Of a DNA stretch of 64,000 nucleotides, positions 8,983 to 19,243 are shown in pieces. Source of the stretch: an uncultured Candidatus Poseidoniales archaeon (GTDB taxonomy: Archaea; Thermoplasmatota; Poseidoniia; Poseidoniales; Poseidoniaceae); assembly GCA_964577145.1 (NCBI GenBank), contig CAZNXM010000006.1, positions 878-64,877 of the forward strand, read 5' to 3'. The notes under the pieces are model-generated. The model did no database searches. It was not told the origin of the DNA and saw nothing but the letters and a program-made list of their open reading frames with translations. Every line of letters begins with the position of its first letter. Positions within the stretch are counted from its first letter, which is position 1. The translations under genes and the position numbers were made by a program.

Positions 8983-11900
8983 ATGTCAGCACCGCCACGT
9001 CGACCCGTTAGACCCAAAGCAGTTGCAACAACCAAATCAATGGGACAAAGTACCCTAAGTGGTGCTGCAATCCAGCCAACCATCGAGATGGTAAATCCAG
9101 GGAGCCCACTTCCAAATGCAATTGAAAAAGGTATACAGAAATTTGCGCAATTAATCTTGTATGGCGTAGCAATGATTGCCATATGGGCAGCATTACTTTC
9201 GATTGCTTTCGATGATTCAGGCGACAATACTAATTTCCTTTTCCTTGGAGTTGGGGGATTGGTCTCCGCTAGTATGGCAATTGGGTTGGTTGAATTTCAA
9301 AGAAGGAAAGGTGGAGATGAACTTCACTCGGTTCACGATTACCTCATCGGCATGGGATTCTTTTTCATGGCTATAGGAGTTATTTGGGGAGCCAGATGGA
9401 TGATGGGTATCCTTGGAGAAAATGATGTAGATTGGATTCTTGAATCCGGAATCCCATATAGTAGTGACAGTGAATGGCACCCTTCAGCCAATGGAATCTA
9501 TATTCAGATGGGCGCATGCTTACTGATGGTCGCTGGACAATACATGTATCTCGACCGATTGAAGGGCAAAACTACCTTTGGTTGGTCAGTAATGGCATTC
9601 GCACCTTTGGCATTGGTATTGGTAGGATTCAATGTATGGATGGGTTGGGCCAATAATGATGTTTCTTGGGAAATTGGAGTTGCAATCGTATCGATGACTG
9701 CAGTTTCAATGTTCCTTGCTCTACGTTCTGATAGTTTCACAATTTTCGCAGTAGTTGCCGTAGTTAGTGGATTGATTCCGATTCTCTATGAATGGAACAA
9801 CAATCCTCCTGATTTAGATGGTACTGGAAGCGCAATGTCATTATTGGTATTCATTATCATTTTCCAGGGCTGGTTAGCAGCAGATCACCGCCTCCAGAAA
9901 GACAAGATGCAGTTAACTTCAGCTTTCTTAGTTGGAGAAGTAATAATCGCCATGCTTATCGCTCGTTCTGAAGACCTGAACTTAGTTCTTGGATTCCTAA
10001 AGCAAAGTGAACTTGGCGTGCTATCCGACATTTTTACGCTACAAGTTGCACTCTGGCTTACTGTATTATTGGCTTATTTCCCAGCAGCACTAAATCAGAG
10101 AATTCCGTACATGCCTATCGGTTTAGCAGGATGTTTATTCATTATCGTGCCAGAAGCAGGATTGATTCCTTGGACAATAACCATCCTAATGCTACCTTAC
10201 CTTCTCATTATCAGTGATAAGACGAGGAAATGGGTTGCAAATCTGACTATTATTGCTGTTGGTGGTTCCTTCTTCATACAGAGTTACATGGCTGGTGGGT
10301 TCCATTACGAGCACTTTGAGGCGCTAATTTTGTGCTCACTGGTAATCACAGGAGAATTTGCTCGCCAACGAGGTAAACTTTCGAATTGGGCACATTTCTC
10401 TATGCTCGGATTATTGGTTCTCTCGGATTCCGTTCTATTCGGTGAAGATCCATGGATACCATGGATAATCGTAGGCTACACGGTTGTTTCGTCTTGGATG
10501 ATGATGCGAAACGCGGAAATCAACGATAGCCCCAGTGAAGCATTCGAAGGGTCTGCAGCAACCTTTGCCAGCATATTAATCACAATCATTCTGAGTTGGG
10601 CTGGACGCTTGGAGATGCCATTCCTAGAGTCGATTACCGACAAGATGGATGGCTTCAATCTACCACTTGCAATAGTTGGTCTAGGTATTTATGCAGCAAT
10701 GCGACAATACAAGCATATTGAACTAGACCTCGGTAGTCTACTCGCTTGGGGTGATGATAAACGCAAACAGATCATTCCAGTTTTCGACTCAGAGGCCAAT
10801 GCTTGGTTGATTCCTGAACCAGACCCAAATGCGCCACCCGCATGGGTTGTGAAGAGTTGGGGGCCGCTTGGAAGGATGAGTTTACTTGGCTCAATGGTAT
10901 TATTCACCATTGCAGTAGCCACTGTAAGCAACGAAGCGATTTCTTCCAATCTCATCTGGCCGCTTACAATGTTAATACCGGTTGGAATTGTTATCAAAGA
11001 AGTAATTGATGATGATGAAGCATCTTCTCTTGGAAGGATGATTGCAACCTGGACCATCTTCGCAATGGCACTCCCCGTGTCCATGAAGATGATATGGGAA
11101 TCCGGCCATGCCGCAGAATTGCTGACCAATAGTTTGGTTCTCGACCTCATCTTACTCTCTGGCCCGATTGGCGTTTCTATAATGTTAACCAAGAAGGGCT
11201 TGAATGATGATGCTCTGAATGTCAGTGCTGATAGAATGACATTCTTTGGGCTATTAGCACTTGGAATGCTCGATTCTAGTGGAGGTATCCTCTTCCTAGC
11301 AATGTACCTCCTTGTATTTCAGAGGAGTTTGAAGCACAGGCATAACCTCGTACTGAGTCTTGCCCCAATCGCCTTACTATTGTACGGTGATCGCTTCATC
11401 TGGGATGGAGCTACTATCGGTTCAATAATCGGAGTTATTGACTTTGGAAGTTATGACCTAACCGAAATCACTTTCCTTGGATTGACCAGGTTCTCTGGAA
11501 TTGTTATGGCAAGTACTGCCTTGATGATTCTTGGAAAGGGAGTTGCAGACCGACATCATGGCCTGAAAGATGGCGCTATCGAGACTCCGATGGCAGCACC
11601 TGCGATTTGGTTGGCAATCGGTCTGTTAGCAGTTCTCCCTGAGGCAAGTTGGCTACTGCTTACTCTAACTATGATGATCGGATTCTATTCATGGCTATCC
11701 GGACGTATACAATTCATTCCTTGGATGCCATTATTCACACTGGCTTCATTCTGGTTTGGATTCTCATGGGATTCGAACTTCAATCATTTCACCGTTGGGG
11801 AATTTGTTTCACATACCCTATTAGGAACTGGATTTGTCACAATGATTCTCAATCGTATGGCACAAAGTGGAACTCTGTACCGCTGGGCTGATGAACCACT

Positions 11901-13026
11901 AGTAAATCCAGATGCCATTGTGAGTAGTTTCAATCTTAACTTGGTAGCAGGTAGGGAACGAATGATTGAAATCATGAGAATTTGGACACTGGTTTGTCTC
12001 ACAGCATCCTATGATGCATTTGATGGAATTGGAACTGTACTCGGTGCTCTTTGGGCGACATGGGACACCTATGTTCGTGGACAAAAGTACCTAATTCTCG
12101 GTACACCACTACTCCAGGCATTCGCTGCATGGAATATCATTGAACACATCGTTCCAAGCGAACAAATGGCTCAAGATGTAATTGTAGGAACTGTGCTAAT
12201 GGTAAATGGAATGCTGATGACGGTGTTAGCTACAAAGGCCGATATCGCATGGAGTTGGAAGCAATTCAAATGGGATGATGAAACCGATTACTATTCTTGG
12301 CTTGATCGAATTGGTATCATGGCTATCTGTTACTTCTTAATTGGTCTAACATGGGCACTCGGCGATGCTGAAATCGAAGGGGCAATGTGGACAATGTGGG
12401 CGGTATACCTTGCAGGTATAGCGATTCAAGGATTCAGAGATGAGACTGAAACTCCATGGAGAAGAGGATTCGGTTCATTTGGAACTCTATTTGCGATATT
12501 CATGCTCTCTACAACATTCACAGATGACCTATTCATGTACGTCACTTGGATGTTAATGGGAATAGTAGCATTCGGCTTTGGAATCTTGTACATGAATAGA
12601 ATGGGAGATGCTGATACGCTATACGAGCAAGCACCTGTAGCGGAAATTGCAACTAAGGTTTACCAATCTGAGGAAGAAGCAGAGGAAGAGACGGAAGAAG
12701 AAGCCGTTGAAGAATCTGAGGATGCAGAGGAAGAGACGGAAGAAGAAGAAGTCGTTGAAGAATCTGAGGACGCAGAAGAAGAGTCTGAAGAAGCCACTGA
12801 AGAAAAACCCGTTGAAAAGGAAGAGGCTGTAGATGATTCTACAACTGAAGATATACCAACTACGTCAAATGTTGTACCGACCGGTGCTGGATTTAGTATG
12901 GCAATTGACCCGCAAATCATGGCTGTGATTCAGAATACTTTGGCTAGAACTCCGCATGACGGTTTCCAACCGGTAATTACGATGCAACCAAATGGCAACT
13001 TCAAAATTGACTTCACACCACTATGA
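8983..13026 (+). CDS. Very large polytopic membrane protein of unknown function
   Basis: 1347-aa ORF with dozens of hydrophobic segments, an acidic repeat region and a small C-terminal globular segment. Confidence 0.85.
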   Translation: MSAPPRRPVRPKAVATTKSMGQSTLSGAAIQPTIEMVNPGSPLPNAIEKGIQKFAQLILYGVAMIAIWAALLSIAFDDSGDNTNFLFLGVGGLVSASMAIGLVEFQRRKGGDELHSVHDYLIGMGFFFMAIGVIWGARWMMGILGENDVDWILESGIPYSSDSEWHPSANGIYIQMGACLLMVAGQYMYLDRLKGKTTFGWSVMAFAPLALVLVGFNVWMGWANNDVSWEIGVAIVSMTAVSMFLALRSDSFTIFAVVAVVSGLIPILYEWNNNPPDLDGTGSAMSLLVFIIIFQGWLAADHRLQKDKMQLTSAFLVGEVIIAMLIARSEDLNLVLGFLKQSELGVLSDIFTLQVALWLTVLLAYFPAALNQRIPYMPIGLAGCLFIIVPEAGLIPWTITILMLPYLLIISDKTRKWVANLTIIAVGGSFFIQSYMAGGFHYEHFEALILCSLVITGEFARQRGKLSNWAHFSMLGLLVLSDSVLFGEDPWIPWIIVGYTVVSSWMMMRNAEINDSPSEAFEGSAATFASILITIILSWAGRLEMPFLESITDKMDGFNLPLAIVGLGIYAAMRQYKHIELDLGSLLAWGDDKRKQIIPVFDSEANAWLIPEPDPNAPPAWVVKSWGPLGRMSLLGSMVLFTIAVATVSNEAISSNLIWPLTMLIPVGIVIKEVIDDDEASSLGRMIATWTIFAMALPVSMKMIWESGHAAELLTNSLVLDLILLSGPIGVSIMLTKKGLNDDALNVSADRMTFFGLLALGMLDSSGGILFLAMYLLVFQRSLKHRHNLVLSLAPIALLLYGDRFIWDGATIGSIIGVIDFGSYDLTEITFLGLTRFSGIVMASTALMILGKGVADRHHGLKDGAIETPMAAPAIWLAIGLLAVLPEASWLLLTLTMMIGFYSWLSGRIQFIPWMPLFTLASFWFGFSWDSNFNHFTVGEFVSHTLLGTGFVTMILNRMAQSGTLYRWADEPLVNPDAIVSSFNLNLVAGRERMIEIMRIWTLVCLTASYDAFDGIGTVLGALWATWDTYVRGQKYLILGTPLLQAFAAWNIIEHIVPSEQMAQDVIVGTVLMVNGMLMTVLATKADIAWSWKQFKWDDETDYYSWLDRIGIMAICYFLIGLTWALGDAEIEGAMWTMWAVYLAGIAIQGFRDETETPWRRGFGSFGTLFAIFMLSTTFTDDLFMYVTWMLMGIVAFGFGILYMNRMGDADTLYEQAPVAEIATKVYQSEEEAEEETEEEAVEESEDAEEETEEEEVVEESEDAEEESEEATEEKPVEKEEAVDDSTTEDIPTTSNVVPTGAGFSMAIDPQIMAVIQNTLARTPHDGFQPVITMQPNGNFKIDFTPL
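12679..12783 (+). repeat. Coding tandem repeat (45/48-bp units) encoding AEEETEEE(E)xVEESED
   Basis: gcagaggaagagacggaagaagaa...gttgaagaatctgagga occurs twice, with a partial third copy. Confidence 0.8.
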
Positions 13027-14289
13027 TTAATCTCGCTCGACGATAGCCATTCCAATAGAATGGTCATTCGCCGGAGAGTCGATCGAGGGGTATACGCCCC
13101 AGTAAGTTTCTCTTGACTGCTGATTGAGTTCCATACACAAGACAACATCTCCCGGTCTATCCGAAAGTGTTGAAGAGCCGTTGAGGTGAGCAATCATCCC
13201 ATCAATATTGGACCAGTTTAGAACGCCCCATCCGACCTGAGTGCACGGTGCTACTGGCGAGATTGGGATAGTTCCGGTAGTGGGGTCCCATCCTGTACCG
13301 CTAGGATACCATCCCGAGAGATTGAGTGCGTGACGGATGTCAGAGTTGGTAATTTGAACATCGCCGTCGACTAGAGCGCCATCCCTACCTCCGGAACCGC
13401 TGTCATTGAACTCCGCTCTCAATGTCGTCATCACATGACCGAGGAAGCCTGCGGTCCTTGGCGTGGCAAACGAAGTTCCAGAAGTTTCGTGATAACCATC
13501 CACGTCCTGATGATTGGGGAGGACTTGTGTCCAGTCCGATGCCATATCTGGATATGACCCCGACATTGTCTCCTTTTGGTCGTCCTCGCCTTCGGCATAG
13601 CCTGAGACTCCGATAGACCAAGGTGGCCCTGCTGTAGCGTCCTGAATGGCTGGTGAAGGCGAGTTGTCCGCCGCTCCAGTGTGGATTTTGTGATGGTCGA
13701 CAACCGCTACCTTCGTCGCATCTTCGATTCCTGGGACAGGTACGCTTCCTGGAGCACCAAATGATGTGGTTATGACATCGACCATAGGATGAGTTCCTGC
13801 TAATAGGACTGCTTCATCGCTGAAACCCTCGACGAAGTAGATGATTGCATCCGGGTCAGCATCCAGAACCGCTCCGGTCACGGCGGTCCCGTGTCCATCG
13901 GACGGATCATCGAGAATTAACTGGCCTGTATCTCCTGAAGACGATGCGAAAATTCTGGTACCGGTGAAATACACAACATCATCGGTGGTGATTAGATTCC
14001 AGCAGGTCTCCATATCAGCAGAGAGGCGTTCTGAATAGCTGCCATTGGTCGTTAGTTCACATACCAAAGTGGTGAGCATATCATCGATTAGCCATTGGGG
14101 AAGTGTCTCGTTAGTTTGGAAGTGGTTATGGTAGGGATTGATTCCGGTATCGATTGGTGCAATTACGCTAAATGCCCTGAATCCATCATCGATAATCGGT
14201 GGCTCGACCACTATCTCCTCATCATCCGATAAGCATCCTGACAGGCCCGAAAGAAGGACCAAGGAAGTCAGAATGAGGGCCCGAAGCAT
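13027..14289 (-). CDS. Divergent S8-family peptidase, probable lipoprotein
   Basis: Lipobox-like LSGLSGC; IDTGIN, HGTAVTG and SGTSFATP motifs. Confidence 0.85.
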   Translation of the reverse strand: MLRALILTSLVLLSGLSGCLSDDEEIVVEPPIIDDGFRAFSVIAPIDTGINPYHNHFQTNETLPQWLIDDMLTTLVCELTTNGSYSERLSADMETCWNLITTDDVVYFTGTRIFASSSGDTGQLILDDPSDGHGTAVTGAVLDADPDAIIYFVEGFSDEAVLLAGTHPMVDVITTSFGAPGSVPVPGIEDATKVAVVDHHKIHTGAADNSPSPAIQDATAGPPWSIGVSGYAEGEDDQKETMSGSYPDMASDWTQVLPNHQDVDGYHETSGTSFATPRTAGFLGHVMTTLRAEFNDSGSGGRDGALVDGDVQITNSDIRHALNLSGWYPSGTGWDPTTGTIPISPVAPCTQVGWGVLNWSNIDGMIAHLNGSSTLSDRPGDVVLCMELNQQSRETYWGVYPSIDSPANDHSIGMAIVERD

Positions 14290-14326
14290 GTCAATACGCG
14301 GCCAGCCATCACTTTAGAACCATCCG

Positions 14327-14342
14327 CAGCCCTGAAGGGCTG
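14327..14342. promoter_or_regulatory. Inverted repeat CAGCCCT-GA-AGGGCTG centred on putative TATA-like box of orn
   Basis: Perfect 7-bp arms; CTGAAGG starts 29 nt before ATG 14361. Confidence 0.45.
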
Positions 14343-14360
14343 AATCCTACTGGGGAGTAC

Positions 14361-14894
14361 ATGGGCGGAGAGATGGTCTGGATTGATCTGGAGATGACGG
14401 GACTCGACATCGAAAACGAGTCGATCATCGAGATTGCCACAATCGTCACCGATGCTGAACTCAACATCATCGCTACCGGTCCTAATCTTGCAATATCAGT
14501 TTCAGAGGAACTCATCTCAGGTATGGATGAATGGAATACCGAGCACCACCACGCCAGTGGTCTAGTCGACAGAATTCGTAGTGAAGGCGTCTCGCTGGAA
14601 GAGGCTTCTAACCAGACATGTGAATTCATTTCTCAATATATAGAGCCGGGTAAAGCGCCCCTATGCGGCAACTCAATTCACAATGATAGGGCGTTCCTTG
14701 CTAAGGAGATGCCACAAGTTCTCGACCTTCTTCACTATCGCTTAATCGATGTTTCAACTATCAAGGAGCTGGCAAATAGATGGTACCCTGATGTTCAACG
14801 GTACCAGAAAAAGGAAGCGCATCGCGCTCTTGATGATATTCTCGAATCGATTGAAGAATTACGTCACCACAGGGCGACCTTGTTCAAAGATTGA
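14361..14894 (+). CDS. orn: Oligoribonuclease (DEDDh)
   Basis: WIDLEMTGLD, IIEIATIVTD, MDEWNTEHH..SGL, LCGNSIHNDRAFL, HYRLIDVSTIKELA.RW, HRALDDILESIEEL. Confidence 0.95.
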   Translation: MGGEMVWIDLEMTGLDIENESIIEIATIVTDAELNIIATGPNLAISVSEELISGMDEWNTEHHHASGLVDRIRSEGVSLEEASNQTCEFISQYIEPGKAPLCGNSIHNDRAFLAKEMPQVLDLLHYRLIDVSTIKELANRWYPDVQRYQKKEAHRALDDILESIEELRHHRATLFKD

Positions 14895-15687
14895 CGCCTT
14901 TGTGGGCTGCCAATATCTCAGCAATTACTGCAATTGCAATCTCTTCAGGACTTTCGGCACCAATATCCAATCCAATTGGGCAGTTTACTGCATCCAATTG
15001 GTCTTGAGTTACTCCAGCATCGATAGCAATCTTGCTGAATGCTTTCCATTTTGACTTTGATCCGATTACCCCTAAACGACCAGAATAACCAGCAAATATC
15101 AATCCGAGAAGTCTTTCTTCGTCCTCATTCCAATCATGACCCAGCAATAAGATATCACTAAACCGAGATAGTGAAGACGAATCCTCTGCCATCAAGAAGT
15201 CGCCTGGGCAGGAATGATGAGTCTCTTTTGCACCGTCGATAGAAGAAAATTCTGCTCTAGAGTCTTGTACGGAATATGACCAACTCAGTGGCTTGCAGGC
15301 TTGAGCAATCGCAATTGCACAATGACCTCCACCCATTAGAAGAATGTGCGGCATAGGAATCAGGACCTCCAATGCGACGGTCACTCGCCCGCCACAAAGG
15401 CTGTCGAGTGGTGTTACCTCATAGCCCTTAGCCCCCTTATTCAAACCAAAAGTTAGTACTTCGCCGCATGGTTTTACTGCACTTGTAACAAGTTCTCTCA
15501 ATCGTTTGGATACATTCAATTCCAATCCTGCTCCACCGATTGTACCATGTGAACCCGAATCACATAATGCAAGACGAGCGCCCTCTTTCCCGGGAACTGA
15601 ACCCGAAGTTGAGATTACAGATGCAATCCCTACCTTTTTGCCATTACCAAGGTGCTCTAAAGCCCAAGCAAGAGTTACTGCCGTCAT
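14884..15687 (-). CDS. xdhC: XdhC/CoxI Moco-insertion chaperone
   Basis: GSVPGKEGARL, GTIGGAGLE, CGGRVTV, GGGH, GVIGSKSK, PIGLDIGAESPEEIAIAVIAE. Confidence 0.9.
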   Translation of the reverse strand: MTAVTLAWALEHLGNGKKVGIASVISTSGSVPGKEGARLALCDSGSHGTIGGAGLELNVSKRLRELVTSAVKPCGEVLTFGLNKGAKGYEVTPLDSLCGGRVTVALEVLIPMPHILLMGGGHCAIAIAQACKPLSWSYSVQDSRAEFSSIDGAKETHHSCPGDFLMAEDSSSLSRFSDILLLGHDWNEDEERLLGLIFAGYSGRLGVIGSKSKWKAFSKIAIDAGVTQDQLDAVNCPIGLDIGAESPEEIAIAVIAEILAAHKGVNL

Positions 15688-16235
15688 TTGAGCGCCTCCA
15701 AATCGGCGGGTGCATCGATGTTCAAATGTTCACCGGGTGCATCGATTCGAGAAAATCGTACGATTTCACGCAACGGCTCATCGGGCCCACTCGCAAGAAC
15801 GTCCTCGATAGAGCATAGTAGCAGAGGATGTCCGGAAGGATTCGGTGAAGTATCGGTCTTTTCCTCAAGCAAAGTTTCTAGAGTTTCTTTTTGCCAACCA
15901 CAACGGTCAACTGGTACAACAAATACACGTCTTGGAATACGCCCATTATCCCCCATTAATGTAAGGAGTCCTACTTGTAAAGACCCAGTTCTACCTTCTT
16001 CAGGGTGCTGATTAACCACAACATTAGCACCACTTGAAGCGATTGCAACATCGATTAGAAGTTCAGATCTAGTTACCACGATAATCGGTGAGCATCCGCT
16101 ATCATTGAGCAATCGAACAGCACGGCCAACTAGAGTCTCACCATTCCATTCGACCAGTGCCTTGGGTTGTCCAAGTCTTGACGATGCTCCCGCTGCAAGA
16201 ATGACAGCGGGTATGCCTTTGCCCATTTCAATCAC
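15684..16235 (-). CDS. mocA: MocA/MobA-like nucleotidyltransferase (probable molybdenum cofactor cytidylyltransferase)
   Basis: ILAAGASSRLGQPKAL, GRTGSLQVGL, NIDAPADL; ATGA overlap with xdhC. Confidence 0.8.
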   Translation of the reverse strand: MIEMGKGIPAVILAAGASSRLGQPKALVEWNGETLVGRAVRLLNDSGCSPIIVVTRSELLIDVAIASSGANVVVNQHPEEGRTGSLQVGLLTLMGDNGRIPRRVFVVPVDRCGWQKETLETLLEEKTDTSPNPSGHPLLLCSIEDVLASGPDEPLREIVRFSRIDAPGEHLNIDAPADLEALK

Positions 16236-17380
16236 AGGTCCTTGGTAATCTCGCGTCCGATGATCATGCGTTGAATTTGGCTTGAGCCCTCATAAATTTG
16301 CATAACCTTGGCTCCACGCATTAAGCGAGCGACCGGATATTCCTCAGAGTAGCCATATCCGCCGTAAACCTGTACGGCGTCGGTGGATACTTCCATTGCT
16401 GCATCGGCAGCGAAACGCTTTGCATGCGCTGCGGATTCGGTGTTTTGAATCCCTGCATCGGCTTCGCATGCTGATTTCCAAGTAAGCATCCTAGATGCTT
16501 CGACTTTGGTCTTCATGTCTGCTAACATGAACTGTATAGCTTGATGGCGATGTAATGGTTTACCGAAAGTCTGGCGCTCATTCGAGTATTGTAATGAATG
16601 CTCGTAAGCAGCACGAGCAAGCCCGGTTGCATGAGCCGCAATATTTGGGCGGCTCATGTCAAATGCCTTCATTGCATTCATCCAACCACCTGATTCACTA
16701 CCGCCGCAGAGGTTTTCTGCTGGAACTCTCATGTCATCAAAATTTAGAGAACGTGTATCTGAGCAACGTTGCCCCATATTGCTCTCCTTCTTGCCCAAAG
16801 TCAGACCGGGAGTATCTGCATCTACAATGAACCCAGACATTCCTTTGTACCCGGCTTCGGGGTCGGTCTTAGCCAATATGAAGAACCAATCAGCATGACC
16901 GGCTCCTGTGATGAACATTTTCGAGCCGTTAATGATGTAATCATCACCATCCCGAATTGCTGTAGTTTTGCATGCGGCTACATCTGAGCCGGCCCCGGGC
17001 TCTGTAACTCCGTATGAAGCAAGTGCACCATTTTCGGCTACCATTCGCAAGTACTTCTCCTTCTGTTCATGAGTTGCCCCAGTAATCAGTGGAGCGCAAG
17101 CGAGAGAGGTCGCATATGCTGCTGTAGCAAATCCTGGGTCTCCCCATGCTAATTCTTCGTTAACGAGGACTTCCTCCATACTTCCTAGTCCAGGTCCACC
17201 GTATTCTTCACCGATGTGTAGATTCAACAAACCCATCTCATGGGCTGCCTTGATTGCAGCAAGAGGGTATTCTGAATTCATATCCCAATGCTCAGCATTA
17301 GGCCTGACCTCATCAACTGCAAACTCGTGCGCAAGTTCACGGAGCATCTCCTGCATCTCATCGAGCTGGAAGTCGACCAT
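16232..17380 (-). CDS. Acyl-CoA dehydrogenase
   Basis: TEPGAGSD, NGSKMFIT, RQTFGKPL..HQAIQFMLADM, QVYGGYGY, IYEGSSQIQR. Confidence 0.95.
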   Translation of the reverse strand: MVDFQLDEMQEMLRELAHEFAVDEVRPNAEHWDMNSEYPLAAIKAAHEMGLLNLHIGEEYGGPGLGSMEEVLVNEELAWGDPGFATAAYATSLACAPLITGATHEQKEKYLRMVAENGALASYGVTEPGAGSDVAACKTTAIRDGDDYIINGSKMFITGAGHADWFFILAKTDPEAGYKGMSGFIVDADTPGLTLGKKESNMGQRCSDTRSLNFDDMRVPAENLCGGSESGGWMNAMKAFDMSRPNIAAHATGLARAAYEHSLQYSNERQTFGKPLHRHQAIQFMLADMKTKVEASRMLTWKSACEADAGIQNTESAAHAKRFAADAAMEVSTDAVQVYGGYGYSEEYPVARLMRGAKVMQIYEGSSQIQRMIIGREITKDL

Positions 17381-17431
17381 GGTACTCCCACAGGGCCGAG
17401 GGGCATAAGCAGTACTGTGAACAATTGCAAA

Positions 17432-18559
17432 TCACAATGTAATGTAACCCTGACGATGTAATTCTATTAGAATAATATAAATTAGATAGAATGCCATCAA
17501 GATAAGGCCCTCATAACGTGAAAATTTGTAACCACTCCACATCATTACTAAACAGATGAAGACGCCAAGCAGAGTTGCAGGAATAATGAGATTTGCCAAC
17601 AGTGGAGTTGCTGCACTCGTCATCGAAATTGGATTTGCCATTGCGGCTATTCCAATTGAAAGGAGTGGGTCGGTAATGTTTGAGCCAATAAGGGTGCCAA
17701 TTGCAACACCTTGGCTCTTGCGTGCTGCAACCATCGCAACAGTAAGTTCAGGCAATGAAGTTCCAAGACCTGTTATTGTGGCGCCTACAATACTATGCGG
17801 AACATCGAGTTTGTAAGCAATATCTGTGGCGTTACTGACAAATTCATTAGCCGCATAAATCGCCATTGTGAGACCGATTAATAACATGAAAAAATAGGCT
17901 GTACCAGACCAACTAATAGCACTAGATGAACTTACAGAATCCAACTCAAGTTCATCCTCTTTGATGCTTTCACGATCATTCAATAGCCACATAATGTAGA
18001 CAATGTAAATCAAACATAGAATTGCTCCTTCTATTCGAGAAAGTCCGCCTCCTTCCCAAAGTAGTGCAGTTAATGTTAGAATAGACAATAACATCAACAC
18101 ACCATCTCGCCTGAGCCATGCTGGCCTTATTTCTAATGGCCGTAGAAATACGACAATACCGAGTACAAGTGTGATTTGTACCAATACAGAACCATAGATA
18201 TTACCAATCGCTAGATTTGCCAAATTCGGGTCAGCAGTTGACTTTATTGCAGAAGTTGTTGTGAATAATATCTCGGGTAATGATGTACCAATAGACACAA
18301 TTGTTAGCCCAATAACTACCTCCGCAATTCCTGCTCTTCGCGCTAAACCCTTTGCACCCTCAATGAAGTAATTGGTAGAGGTAATCAGCAATGCTAGTGC
18401 AACAATAATCAAAAAAATCAGAATGTAGATTTGCCCCCAATCATTGGAGTCTTTGAGGAAATCAATACTGGCTAATGAAATAAATAGAGTAAGAGTAATT
18501 GTCAATGCATTCCAATGAAGGTAGGAGCCCATACGATGAACGCTTTCCTCCCCACCCAT
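17432..18559 (-). CDS. Ca2+/Na+ antiporter (CaCA/YrbG)
   Basis: Two alpha repeats, GTSLPE..GN and GTSLPE..GSN. Start set at ATG 18559, about 30 nt after ATCAAAG. Confidence 0.9.
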   Translation of the reverse strand: MGGEESVHRMGSYLHWNALTITLTLFISLASIDFLKDSNDWGQIYILIFLIIVALALLITSTNYFIEGAKGLARRAGIAEVVIGLTIVSIGTSLPEILFTTTSAIKSTADPNLANLAIGNIYGSVLVQITLVLGIVVFLRPLEIRPAWLRRDGVLMLLSILTLTALLWEGGGLSRIEGAILCLIYIVYIMWLLNDRESIKEDELELDSVSSSSAISWSGTAYFFMLLIGLTMAIYAANEFVSNATDIAYKLDVPHSIVGATITGLGTSLPELTVAMVAARKSQGVAIGTLIGSNITDPLLSIGIAAMANPISMTSAATPLLANLIIPATLLGVFICLVMMWSGYKFSRYEGLILMAFYLIYIILIELHRQGYITL

Positions 18560-18621
18560 GACCCTTCGGAAATGCAGGTCCTCTTTGATGCTTACCACTA
18601 ATTTTTGCGAAAAGGTCATTG

Positions 18622-18641
18622 ATGGGCCCTAAGGGGCCCAT
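18622..18641. promoter_or_regulatory. Perfect inverted repeat ATGGGCCC-TAAG-GGGCCCAT before aquaporin start
   Basis: 8-bp arms ending 2 nt before ATG 18644, in the divergent intergenic region. Confidence 0.5.
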
Positions 18642-18643
18642 TC

Positions 18644-19243
18644 ATGGACAAAAGGTATGCAGCAGAATTTGCTGGTACATTCTTTATGGTCCTATGTGGA
18701 ACAGGAAGTATTGCTCTAGGATGGAGTCCATTTTTCGTTAGTTTTTCTTTTGGATTGGCAGTCACAATCGCGATTCTTGTATTCCAACCTATTTCTGGAG
18801 CACACATCAACCCCGCGGTCTCAATCGCATTTGCTGCGAGGGGAAATCTCGAACAAAAAGCATTACCCGGATATATTATCGCACAAGTATTGGGCGGATT
18901 TTTTGCGGCACTAATCATCACTGAAGGTCCAACTACTCCTAGGGTCTCTATGCCAACTGCGTGGGGAATCGAAATTGCAATTACGTTGATTCTAATGTTC
19001 TCTATCTTAGTACTTGTAAGATCTAATGCCAGCCTGCGAGTACTTGCGATAGGAGTTGGTTTAACCGTTGCAATATTGGCATTCTTTTTTGGTGAATTCA
19101 CTGGAGCTGGAATGAATCCCGCGCGGTCAATTGGCCCAAATATCGTTACTGGCACAGGAAATTTAATTCTATATTCCGTTGCACCAGTGCTTGGTGCAGT
19201 GCTTGCAAACTTTATCCCTGGGCCACTTGACGAAGAGCCTTGA
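18644..19243 (+). CDS. MIP-family aquaporin/glyceroporin
   Basis: AEFAGTF, ISGAHINPAVS and GAGMNPARS (two NPA motifs). Confidence 0.92.
   Translation: MDKRYAAEFAGTFFMVLCGTGSIALGWSPFFVSFSFGLAVTIAILVFQPISGAHINPAVSIAFAARGNLEQKALPGYIIAQVLGGFFAALIITEGPTTPRVSMPTAWGIEIAITLILMFSILVLVRSNASLRVLAIGVGLTVAILAFFFGEFTGAGMNPARSIGPNIVTGTGNLILYSVAPVLGAVLANFIPGPLDEEP

Noticed and set aside
18616-19155. 179-aa minus-strand ORF
   Set aside because: Antisense to the aquaporin, which has both NPA motifs.
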